25,339 nt of DNA from a bacterium (GCA_046757525.1 JBHHYI010000049.1:1-25339), one strand, 5' to 3'. Positions 16,719-25,191 are shown, numbered from the stretch's first letter. The notes: a model not told the origin generated them from the sequence alone. Translations and numbers: made by a program.

Positions 16719-17962
16719 ATGTTAGACTTGACGAAGCAACTTGTCTTTCTTCTCTTGACCATTTCGTTAGGATGGCTCTTCCTGTCGTGCAGCGAAGACA
16801 AAATCGTCTCGATCGAAAAAGAAAAGGGCAGCATCGTGGGTGTGGTCCATCCTAAAGAGGCCCGGGCCACCGTGAAAGCCATGCAGGCCGTAGAAATCCG
16901 GCGGGCCGTCACCGACGAGGAGGGCCTGTTCCGCATCGACAGCCTGACCGTGGGCGTTTATGATTTGGAGATTACCCCCAGGGCTTTAGCAAGAAATCGC
17001 TGCCCGGGGTGGTGGTTTTCGATGGCGGCGTTACTTCGGCGGGAGAAATCGACCTGAGCCGCGTGCCAGCACAAATCTACAACACCTATCCTGTCGATGG
17101 TGAAATCGAGTTCCCCATGCATTCCAGAATCAGCATTCGCTTTAATGAACAAATGGATCGTGAAAGTGTGGAATAGGCTTTTTCCCTGTCTCCGCCTGTT
17201 GACGGCGTCATCTCCTGGAGTTCCTCTTCCCGCGGAACGAACTTGTTATTCCAACCGACCCCCCGTCTAAAACCGGAAACAGACTACCTGCTGCAACTCA
17301 CCCGCACCGCCCTAACCGCCGCAGGGGACAGTTTGGAGCTGCCGCTTGTCATCAAGTTTAGCACCCAACCCGTGCGGGCCACCAATATTTCGCCGCCGAA
17401 CGGTTACATTTTTGTAAACCCTTTCGTCCCAATCGCCGTGGGATTCAATACCCTCATGAACACAGCGAGTGCAGAAAACGCCTTTACCGTTTCCCCTCAA
17501 ACGTCAGGCGGTTTTGTGTGGAGCGGTTTGAGCGGATTGCGGTTTACGCCCAGCAAAGGCTTGCTCACAAATACCAAATACACGGTATCTTTGAACACCG
17601 CGGCCCAGGATTTCGAAGGATTTGCGTTGAAAGAACCCCTGGAGTTTTCATTCACCACCGACTTTCTCCGGGTCGTGAACAACTCACCCAACAACCAACA
17701 AACCTTCGTGGACACTTTAGCCAGCCTTTATATCCGTTTCAATGCGTCGGTGGATCGGGAGGCCGTGGAATCGGCTTTTTCCACCACGCCGGCGGCTTCA
17801 GGGGAATTCCGCTGGTTGACCGGCTACAACTTCAATTTCACACCGTCTCCGGCCTGGCAACCCAACACGGAATACACCGTGCGCATCGACACGACGGCCA
17901 CAGACTTGGGTGGCAATGGACTTCCGGCACCGTTTAGCTTTTCATTTACCACCCGACCGTGA
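16719..17962 (+). pseudogene. Lipoprotein with a carboxypeptidase-regulatory-like domain and three Ig-like (Big_5-type) repeats, disrupted by a frameshift and a nonsense codon
   Basis: Lipobox LFLS-C. The frame changes near the C5 run 16975-16979, and the new frame reads QGFSKKSLPGVVVFDGG...ISIRFNEQMDRESVE*AF with TAG at 17174-17176. The homologous repeats read FNTLMNTASAENAF and FNASVDREAVESAF. Repaired length is about 414 aa. Confidence 0.85.
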
Positions 17963-18048
17963 CGCAGAAGTTCTCGCCTTAGCGCCAATAACGCTGCCGT
18001 TTTGGCGTGTCCGGCAACCACTTGGCAGAACGCCAGGCCAGTTTTGTC

Positions 18049-18076
18049 TTGCTTTTGAACTTATTTATCCTATATT
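18049..18076 (+). promoter_or_regulatory. Possible sigma70 promoter
   Basis: TTGCTT (18049-18054), 16-nt spacer, TATATT (18071-18076), 70 nt upstream of TTG 18146. Confidence 0.35.
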
Positions 18077-18145
18077 TGGTCAATTCCAAATGGCATCCTT
18101 CTGACTTTTGAAGAATGAAACCGCAGAATCCTAAAGGAACTGGCT

Positions 18146-19594
18146 TTGCTCCAAAAACCCATTTACGTATTTGCATTTATCCTATCCCTGCTCTCCGCGA
18201 ATCCGCTTCACAATGACATAAAATGGGCGCCTTACGGCTTCTTCAAGGCCGCCCCTATTACTGAATCTTCGGGCATTGTAAAAAGCCGACAGTACCAAAA
18301 CGTATTCTGGACCCACAACGACTCCGGCCATGAAGCGCAGCTCTTTGCCACCACCACCCGGGGCGATTCCCTCGGTGAGATTGGTATTTCCGGAGCTACC
18401 AACATCGATTGGGAAGATATTGCCGTGGACGACTCCGGCCACATTTTCATTGGGGACTCGGGAAACAATTTGAACAAACGCAAGAACCTGGTGATCTATG
18501 TCGTCGATGAGCCTGACCCTGTTGAAACTCACGCGGTGCAAGTCGTTAAACGCATTCCATTCCAGTACCCCGACCAGAAATATTTTCCCAACCTTTTGAA
18601 TTTGAATTTTGATTGTGAGGCGCTCTTCTGGGCCAGCGGCCACCTGTACATTCTAACCAAAGACCGCAGCGATCGAAAAACCAGGCTGTACCGGTTTGGG
18701 GCACTGAAAAACAACCAGAAGCAAGTGGTGACCAAAATAGGCGAGTTCGAAATCGACGGCATGGTGACGGCTGCGGACGTCTCTCCCGATGGGGAAAAAC
18801 TGTTGGTCCTGTGCTACGAGTACATCTACCTGTTTGAGAAGCCGCCTCAAGACGACAATTACCTGTCCGGCCATTACAAACGCATACGGCTGGAAGCCCG
18901 TCAAAGCGAAGGCATTTGTTTTGACGGCGCCTATTTCTTGTTCGCCAACGAACAAGGCGAGATTTACCGTCTGCCACTGTCCTATTTCGACACTCACGAC
19001 GCCTTTCTCCCGCCCTTGCCAAAACTTGTTGTTGAGAAGACACGTGTGTCTGCAAACGACGGATTGTCGCCGCCTCCCGGCTGGACGCAAATGCCGCTGC
19101 GAGCAAACCCCTTTTCCCAGCTCACGCCGACCAAATGCGACACCCCGCTGGTCCAGATTACCTGGTCGGAGCGGGGCATTGAACTGCTCATTCAGAATTG
19201 GCGATTCCCCCCTGAATTGAGAAACAATCGAAGGGTTTTGCAGATCATGCTTGGTCTGAACCATAAGAGGACCGTTGCGCTGGAGAAAGGAGCGTATGTT
19301 TGGGACCTGGTCTGGAACCGGGGCAATTTGCGATTCAAGAGATTCTTTCCCCCCAGCGTCCACAACCTTCAAGTCCCCCAATGGACCGTCGAAGAAGACG
19401 ATGGCAAAAAGACCGTGCGCATTTTCATACCCAGTGAAATCCTGGGGTCCCCACCCATGGTCGCGGGAAAACGCTACCTGTTCAATCTGATCCTGAATCC
19501 GTTTAAGTCGTGTGAATGGTACTGGGCTACGGACAGCACGACCTACTCCTACCTCAATCCCTATGTCTGGGGCGAATTGCTTCTCATCGATTAG
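18146..19594 (+). CDS. Secreted beta-propeller protein (ESSG...WTHNDSG / DWEDIA family) with an extra C-terminal beta domain
   Basis: Signal peptide, then blade motifs ESSGI, WTHNDSG, NIDWEDIA, GDSGNN, FDCEAL, VTAADVSPDG and QSEGICF. TTG start with AAGGA RBS. Confidence 0.75.
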   Translation: MLQKPIYVFAFILSLLSANPLHNDIKWAPYGFFKAAPITESSGIVKSRQYQNVFWTHNDSGHEAQLFATTTRGDSLGEIGISGATNIDWEDIAVDDSGHIFIGDSGNNLNKRKNLVIYVVDEPDPVETHAVQVVKRIPFQYPDQKYFPNLLNLNFDCEALFWASGHLYILTKDRSDRKTRLYRFGALKNNQKQVVTKIGEFEIDGMVTAADVSPDGEKLLVLCYEYIYLFEKPPQDDNYLSGHYKRIRLEARQSEGICFDGAYFLFANEQGEIYRLPLSYFDTHDAFLPPLPKLVVEKTRVSANDGLSPPPGWTQMPLRANPFSQLTPTKCDTPLVQITWSERGIELLIQNWRFPPELRNNRRVLQIMLGLNHKRTVALEKGAYVWDLVWNRGNLRFKRFFPPSVHNLQVPQWTVEEDDGKKTVRIFIPSEILGSPPMVAGKRYLFNLILNPFKSCEWYWATDSTTYSYLNPYVWGELLLID

Positions 19595-20337
19595 ATTTGT
19601 GCGTCTGTGCCTGATACCTCAGAAGGTCGGCCTTCGATGCCCATTTTTTTCTTCAAAGTCGCCAACGAATCCGACGCTTTTGCCGCAGACGGTTCCTCTA
19701 AGACTTTGTCAATCTCTGCATCCACTCCCAAATCGATTTCCGAGATGTCGCCGTAAGCTTCAGCCAGAGATTCTTCTTCCTCGACTTTGTTCTTCATCTT
19801 TTCCAGCATGGAAATAGTCCCGGAAGAATCGACGTTGGCCAGTTGCTGGTTGATTTTGCGCATGGACTGGGCTGTTCTTGCTCTTGCTTTCAAGGTAACG
19901 AGCTCGTTTTCATACCGGGTAACGGTCTGCTTGAGCTTCTCAACTTTAGCCTGAAGCTTATCAGACATTTGCTGCTGCTGCTTGTAGTCCGTTTGCAAAG
20001 TGGTCGACCGGGCCAGAGCCTCTTCCTTCTTCGACAACGCCTCGGTTGCTAACCGTTCTGCGTTGGCTTGCTCGAGTTCACCATTTTGCATTTTTTGTAA
20101 AAGCAGCATGGCTTTGCGTTCGTAGTCCTGGGCCAGTTTTTTTTGATCGTCGGCATCTTTCTTCAACCGAATCGCCGTAGCCTTCACCTGGGCCAGGGCG
20201 GTCATGGATTGCTGCAGATCTTTTTTCAAGTCCCGAATCCCCTGTTCGGTCATCTTAATGGGGTCTTCAAGCTTATCGACGATGTTGTGAGCCTCGGCCT
20301 GCCCCACTTTGAATATCCTCTGAAAAACACTTGCCAT
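19591..20337 (-). CDS. pspA: PspA/IM30 (Vipp1, bacterial ESCRT-III-like) family protein
   Basis: N-terminal amphipathic helix, DKLEDP...EQGIRDL, long coiled coil, LKARARTA, and LEKMKNKVEEEESLAEA. RBS GGAGG. Confidence 0.93.
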   Translation of the reverse strand: MASVFQRIFKVGQAEAHNIVDKLEDPIKMTEQGIRDLKKDLQQSMTALAQVKATAIRLKKDADDQKKLAQDYERKAMLLLQKMQNGELEQANAERLATEALSKKEEALARSTTLQTDYKQQQQMSDKLQAKVEKLKQTVTRYENELVTLKARARTAQSMRKINQQLANVDSSGTISMLEKMKNKVEEEESLAEAYGDISEIDLGVDAEIDKVLEEPSAAKASDSLATLKKKMGIEGRPSEVSGTDAQI

Positions 20338-20366
20338 AATTGCCTCCTGTAAAGCTTGGGTTGAAT

Positions 20367-20762
20367 TTATCGTTTAGTAAACTCTAACAATTCTGCACCA
20401 TGCTCCGCCATAGCCAGAGACAGTGCACGTATGGAGCCTTCCAATTCATTTAAATCCAGGTTCTCTAATTGCAGGGTATCCCGGAAAAGGACATTCTTCC
20501 CCTCGTCGTCCAATACAAATGCCCCGTGAACCAATGAGCGGTTCATCTGCAAGAGCCGTTTGAAAAAGTAATCCGACTCCTTCGGCACCAGCATGATCAA
20601 CTGCTCCAAAATAACGATGGGCGGCTCGCAATCTACGATCAAGTTGCTGATTCCGCTCTCCTCGTCTTCGACCACCACGAGCTCCTCGGCCGCATTCTCA
20701 TCGACGATTTTGAGATCCAGGTCAAGCAAATAGTGTTTGACCTTGTCCAGGTTTTCTGACAT
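20367..20762 (-). CDS. YbjN/CesT-like (T3SS-chaperone fold) acidic protein
   Basis: 131 aa and acidic, with LLQMNRSLVHGAFVLD...LFRDTL..ENLDLNELEGSI. RBS AAGGAG; immediately upstream of pspA. Confidence 0.75.
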   Translation of the reverse strand: MSENLDKVKHYLLDLDLKIVDENAAEELVVVEDEESGISNLIVDCEPPIVILEQLIMLVPKESDYFFKRLLQMNRSLVHGAFVLDDEGKNVLFRDTLQLENLDLNELEGSIRALSLAMAEHGAELLEFTKR

Positions 20763-20786
20763 GTTTGTTCTCCTTATTTTTTGGTA

Positions 20787-21158
20787 TTATTTTTTGAGTC
20801 TTTTGACCAATTCTTCGTAAGCGTGATTCAAGCCCTGGGTCAGCTCATTGGCCACGCGACGCTTTTCCGCATCGTTTGAATGCAGATCCGGATGATATTT
20901 CCTGACCAGGCGCTTCCAGGCCGCGCGCACGGTTGCTAGATCCGAGCCACAAGGCACCTCGAGATTCGCGTAGTAGCGAGCGAGCGTCGCGTCCACAGAA
21001 ACTTGTGACGACGCCTGCTGGCCGTCCGCGGGCTCCTTGCGAAAACGAAAATGCTGCTCTGTGCAAAAGTCTTCACTTAGCTCTGAAGCCACGGTGTCTT
21101 CAAGACTTGCATGGATATTGGCGCGTACAATTTTTCTTAACCGACCGAATAAATTCAT
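20787..21158 (-). CDS. Small J-domain (DnaJ-like) protein with a PspA-like N-terminal helix
   Basis: C-terminal J-domain YYANLEV...VRAAWKRLVRKYHPD...LNHAYEEL with intact HPD (residues 89-91). N-terminus MNLFGRLRKIVRANIHASLE. Confidence 0.88.
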   Translation of the reverse strand: MNLFGRLRKIVRANIHASLEDTVASELSEDFCTEQHFRFRKEPADGQQASSQVSVDATLARYYANLEVPCGSDLATVRAAWKRLVRKYHPDLHSNDAEKRRVANELTQGLNHAYEELVKRLKK

Positions 21159-21215
21159 GTTAAACCATTCCAGATGTCAAGCACGGTATAGTCTTGACCC
21201 CAAAGCACTGAACGC

Positions 21216-22823
21216 TCAGTAAATGTCCCAGGCCCCTTGTTGGTAATAGCGAAAAACTGCCAGATCGAGTTCATCGTTTGTCTTCACGGTATCGATTCGA
21301 TCCAGAATTCCTTTGCCAAAGTTGAGCATGCTCAGCATGGCCTCGTGATTTAAAAACCGTGTCTCCACGTGCTCAAACCGCAACTGCGACAATCGCTGTT
21401 TCAGCCGGCTTGAATCGAGACCGGGAGCCCTGCTCCCGATCACCCACGCCCATTCGCCCAGCGTCGGGATTTGGTTGTGATACGCCACAGCCGCAATGCC
21501 GGCTGCACGCATGGACTTCAGAATGGACAAAAAGGCGTTTTTCGAAAACATAGGACTGGTGGCCTGAGTCACAACGGTACCCCCGCGGGTCAAATGGTGC
21601 AGCACCGTCTGGTAGAACTGGCGCGTGTACAATCGGGCTAATCCCACGGTCTTCGGATCCGGCAAATCGACAATAATGACATCGTACAATCGGTCGTCTT
21701 GCTTGAGAAAAACATAGGCATCCCGGTTCAAGATTTGCACTCTTGCATCGTTGAGCGCATCCTGGTTTAGCTTCAGAAAAATGGGATGGGTTCGGCCCAA
21801 TTTGGTCATGGCTGGATCGATGTCGACCAACAACACGGTCTCTACCTGAGGATATTTGAGCACTTCGCGTACGGCCAAGCCATCGCCGCCACCGAGGATC
21901 AAAATATTTTTTTTGAAGGAGCTCAAGGTCATAGCCGGGTGCACCAGAGGTTCGTGGTAACGCTCTTCGTCGTAGCTGCTGAACTGTTCGTTGCCGTTCA
22001 AGTAGAGCCAGTAGTGATCTTTCCATTCGGTCATCACGATGCGCTGGTAAGGCGTTTGTTGCTGGTAAACAACTTTGTCGCGATATTTCTTTTGTTCCCC
22101 AAACAACACGATGGGTTCGGCCAGAAAGGTCAGAAGTCCAAGGATCACAGGGATAACCAAAACACCGACAGTCAGAGAGTTTCGGTGCTTGAGTAGTTTT
22201 CTGTACTTCAGGAAAAGAGCGGAAGCGACCAGGAAATTGATGCTCCCCAGGAGGATGGGCGTGTAGGTCAACCCAAGACGGGGAAGCGCAACAAATGCGA
22301 ACAAAAGGCCGCCGAGCAAAGCGCCATAGTAGTCATTCTCCATAACTGAGCTAATGTTGACACGCAGCTCTTCGAAAAAATTGTTGAGTCGCGCGGCGAT
22401 GGGTAGTTCAAGGCCAATCAAGATACCGATAAGCAAGGACATCAGGTAGATAACCGGTGCAATGAATTCTACATAGGCAGAGAGGTAATAAGTGAGCGCT
22501 GCACTCAGGGCGCAAAGAACAGAAAGCGCAAATTCGACCAGCACAAAGACGTCGAGCAAAGACCCGCGCACGTATTTGCTCAAACGACTGCCCAGGCCCA
22601 TGGCGAAAAGCATCAGAGACACCGTGAGGGTCCACTGCAAGACCGCATTGCCCAGCAAATAACTGGCTAAGGTGGAAAGAACGTACTCCGCAACAATGCC
22701 CGCCAGTCCGGTAGCAAAGATGCAAGCTTTGAGCACAAAACTTCGGCGGTCCCCACTTTTCTCGCCTCTCAAATTCTTCTCCACCCCTTCGTCGGGCGAA
22801 TCTGCCACAATGGAAACCCGCAT
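21216..22823 (-). CDS. Membrane-anchored polyamine aminopropyltransferase (spermidine synthase-like with about 7 N-terminal TM helices)
   Basis: TM region with LFAMGLGS, GLELP and DYYGALLGG. Catalytic domain QTPYQRI, LYLNGNEQFSSYDEERYHEPLVHP, LGGGDGLAVRE, VDIDP, DVIIVDLPDP, LYTRQFY and GEW. Confidence 0.92.
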   Translation of the reverse strand: MRVSIVADSPDEGVEKNLRGEKSGDRRSFVLKACIFATGLAGIVAEYVLSTLASYLLGNAVLQWTLTVSLMLFAMGLGSRLSKYVRGSLLDVFVLVEFALSVLCALSAALTYYLSAYVEFIAPVIYLMSLLIGILIGLELPIAARLNNFFEELRVNISSVMENDYYGALLGGLLFAFVALPRLGLTYTPILLGSINFLVASALFLKYRKLLKHRNSLTVGVLVIPVILGLLTFLAEPIVLFGEQKKYRDKVVYQQQTPYQRIVMTEWKDHYWLYLNGNEQFSSYDEERYHEPLVHPAMTLSSFKKNILILGGGDGLAVREVLKYPQVETVLLVDIDPAMTKLGRTHPIFLKLNQDALNDARVQILNRDAYVFLKQDDRLYDVIIVDLPDPKTVGLARLYTRQFYQTVLHHLTRGGTVVTQATSPMFSKNAFLSILKSMRAAGIAAVAYHNQIPTLGEWAWVIGSRAPGLDSSRLKQRLSQLRFEHVETRFLNHEAMLSMLNFGKGILDRIDTVKTNDELDLAVFRYYQQGAWDIY

Positions 22824-22898
22824 TTTATATCCTCAATGTTCCAACAATTCGAGAACCACTTCTAACACATTTGGTAGCTCAAAAAGCCAACGTCCAGT

Positions 22899-23744
22899 CT
22901 ATAGCACCCAACCAATCAGAAACGAGGCCGCAATGTAAGAAAAGGCCTCGATGGCACCAGCCCCCACGTTGGGCACCTCCTGGTTCACCAATTCCTTGGT
23001 CAGGCGCTCTCCGGGCAACAGAACCTTGTCGGTGACCACGCGCAATACCGGAAGCATGATGAGGCCGAACAAAATGAAACCTCCGAATTGGGTCAAGTTT
23101 TCCTGCCAGGAGACGAAATCGCCGCTGGCGCCGATGCGAATGACGTTTCCGATGGCTACAATCATACCGGCAAAGGCCACGCCCACAGCCACGTTGTCCT
23201 TCTCGATTTCATCGTTGACATCGAAAGGGGTGATGAAATTGTAGAGAAAACTGGCGATGATCAGGACGAGCTGACCCAATATCCAAAAGGTTCCCGCGGT
23301 TATCAAATCGCCCCCTTCGCCCGAGATGGCGCCGAAGATGATCAGGCCTACCGCAACATGGTTAGCCGCCTCAATGATGCCCGTCCCAACATTGCGATCC
23401 TCGATAATCTCCTTGACGTTGTCAAATTTGTAGAGAATAACCTTGTCATTAATAAAAGCAGAAAGGTTGAGCAAAATGATAGAAAGAATTCCATACAAAA
23501 AGATGTCGATGATGTCTTCCACCCAACCGGCTGAAGGCCCGATGAGAACGCCACCGATGGCCAATACCAGGCCCAGGTAGTAACCAACGACGGCAACGGC
23601 AAGCGCGAAGTTGTCTTTTTGCAGGAGCTCTTCCTGAAGCACAAATCTCCGGTTGATTTTGTCATAAACAAACTTTCCAAAGAAAAAAAGCACGAAAACC
23701 GCTACGAGATAGACAAGGGCGGTTACCACTTGATCAACGGTCAT
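22899..23744 (-). CDS. DUF350 (YjfL-like) multi-repeat membrane protein
   Basis: Four repeats of E(L/I)..N.(A/G).(A/G) followed by TM helices (KDNFALA, DRNVGTG, KDNVAVG, PNVGAG). RBS GGAGG. Confidence 0.85.
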   Translation of the reverse strand: MTVDQVVTALVYLVAVFVLFFFGKFVYDKINRRFVLQEELLQKDNFALAVAVVGYYLGLVLAIGGVLIGPSAGWVEDIIDIFLYGILSIILLNLSAFINDKVILYKFDNVKEIIEDRNVGTGIIEAANHVAVGLIIFGAISGEGGDLITAGTFWILGQLVLIIASFLYNFITPFDVNDEIEKDNVAVGVAFAGMIVAIGNVIRIGASGDFVSWQENLTQFGGFILFGLIMLPVLRVVTDKVLLPGERLTKELVNQEVPNVGAGAIEAFSYIAASFLIGWVL

Positions 23745-23769
23745 GTCAACCTCCGTTTTCTAATAAGAG

Positions 23770-24489
23770 TTATTTTCCAAAACCTCCGCTGCGGCTGCGA
23801 AACCCGCTCATGTTGCTTCTTCGGGCCCTGCGTTTTACTTTCTGGGCAAAGCGTGATTTTCGCTCGAACTCCCGTTGTCGGCGCCGCTCAAAAAACGTTT
23901 TGTTGGTCTGCTTGGTGTATGAACCGCTGGTGCCATATTCGCGATTTGGACCATAATAAGGGGTACCGCGGGAACGATAATTCCGGTAGGTGTCCCAGTC
24001 AGAGCGGTAAATGGGCCGACCAAACATGCCAAACATGTGACTGAAGAACGCATACTTGCCGTAGAATTCCCAAAAAGAATTGCCGCGGTCGTCACGCCTC
24101 CAGTTGCCATATCTTGAGTCACCGACATATTGATAACCGGGCGGATATTGGACATCCGCAACCTTGCCATCCGCTGATTTCGAAACCAGAACCATGCCCA
24201 AATAATTGGCATACTTCTCAAATTCCCGTTTGCTGACTTTGTACCAGTCCGTAACAGTCTCCTGATAGGTAGGATTCTCAGCGTCCGAGCTCTTTTCGGC
24301 GTAGACCACCTTGTAGCGGTGATAGTAATCTTTGAAGAAGTTGCCCTCCTCTTTCATGTCTTGCAATATGACGGAATACTCAGGATAGCTTCGCAGTTGA
24401 CGCTTTATGCCATCCAGTGGGGAAGCGGAAGCACAAGCGACCAACAAAACTGTTAGGAATAGCCAGACGTTTTTTCTTTTAACTTTCAC
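23770..24489 (-). CDS. Lipoprotein with Tyr/Gly-rich core and Arg-rich tail ending SGGFGK
   Basis: Lipobox LLVA-C, PPGYQYVGDSRYGNW...SFWEFYGKYAFF. GTG 24489 is preferred (AAGGAGG 8 nt upstream) over TTG 24495. Confidence 0.8.
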   Translation of the reverse strand: MKVKRKNVWLFLTVLLVACASASPLDGIKRQLRSYPEYSVILQDMKEEGNFFKDYYHRYKVVYAEKSSDAENPTYQETVTDWYKVSKREFEKYANYLGMVLVSKSADGKVADVQYPPGYQYVGDSRYGNWRRDDRGNSFWEFYGKYAFFSHMFGMFGRPIYRSDWDTYRNYRSRGTPYYGPNREYGTSGSYTKQTNKTFFERRRQREFERKSRFAQKVKRRARRSNMSGFRSRSGGFGK

Positions 24490-24568
24490 CTCCAAGCCCT
24501 CCTTAATTATTTTGAAATCCTTGGAACGGCTGAAATAATTTATTTACTCTAAGGCAATACGAGCCAAC

Positions 24569-25114
24569 TCAATCATTCCCAGCGGGTAGAATGCTGGAAA
24601 ACTGGTATTCTTCCACGTAATACCCTTCCGCAGCTTCAAACTCTGTTTCGCCCCACTGTTCGATGACGACAAAATGTTCGTCTGCTTCGTCGATGAAATC
24701 CCAGTAGATGAATTCCCGGCCGTCTCCCTTGCCATCTTCGTACAAGTGGCCGGAACCGGTTTCATCGAGAAAATAGTTTCTACCTTTGCACACAATCTTA
24801 TTGGGGGCATCATCATGTTCAATGATGTATTGACGAATATCTCCTTCAATAGCACCCATGGGTAGCTTTTTTGAAAAAGTCCATTCAACGTCGTCATCCT
24901 CGGCGCGTTCTAAATACCATTTCTCCCGGCCACTGGTTAGTTCCCACTCGTCGGTAACGTAGCCTTCACCATAATCGTAGCGATTGTAAGCCGTCACTTC
25001 CCAGGTCTTCAGGTCGTAGTCTACGTAAAATCCCACCCTAAGTTTGGAAAGCACCAAATCTTTCAGAGGATCGAAATCCTCTTCTTTTTTCTTAAACAGA
25101 TCCTTCAGTCCCAT
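24569..25114 (-). CDS. DUF4178-like acidic protein
   Basis: LRVGFYVDYDLKTWEV...EWEL...YLE...YWDF...IEQWG...G pattern, first gene of a DUF350/aminopropyltransferase operon. RBS GAGG. Confidence 0.75.
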   Translation of the reverse strand: MGLKDLFKKKEEDFDPLKDLVLSKLRVGFYVDYDLKTWEVTAYNRYDYGEGYVTDEWELTSGREKWYLERAEDDDVEWTFSKKLPMGAIEGDIRQYIIEHDDAPNKIVCKGRNYFLDETGSGHLYEDGKGDGREFIYWDFIDEADEHFVVIEQWGETEFEAAEGYYVEEYQFSSILPAGND

Positions 25115-25162
25115 AAAAAATATCGCCTCGCTTTAATACATTTTCTGCACTTTACGGCTCCT

Positions 25163-25191
25163 AAGGTAACCAATTGTTTCTGAAAAGTCAA
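25163..25191 (-). promoter_or_regulatory. sigma70-type promoter of the DUF4178...pspA operon
   Basis: TTGACT (25191-25186), 17-nt spacer, TACCTT (25168-25163), about 50 nt upstream of ATG 25114. Confidence 0.6.

Noticed and set aside
17174..17176. Stop-codon reassignment or pyrrolysine readthrough of TAG
   Set aside because: TAG is a genuine terminator for prfB, lolD and the DUF350 gene in this window, and the same gene also has a frameshift.
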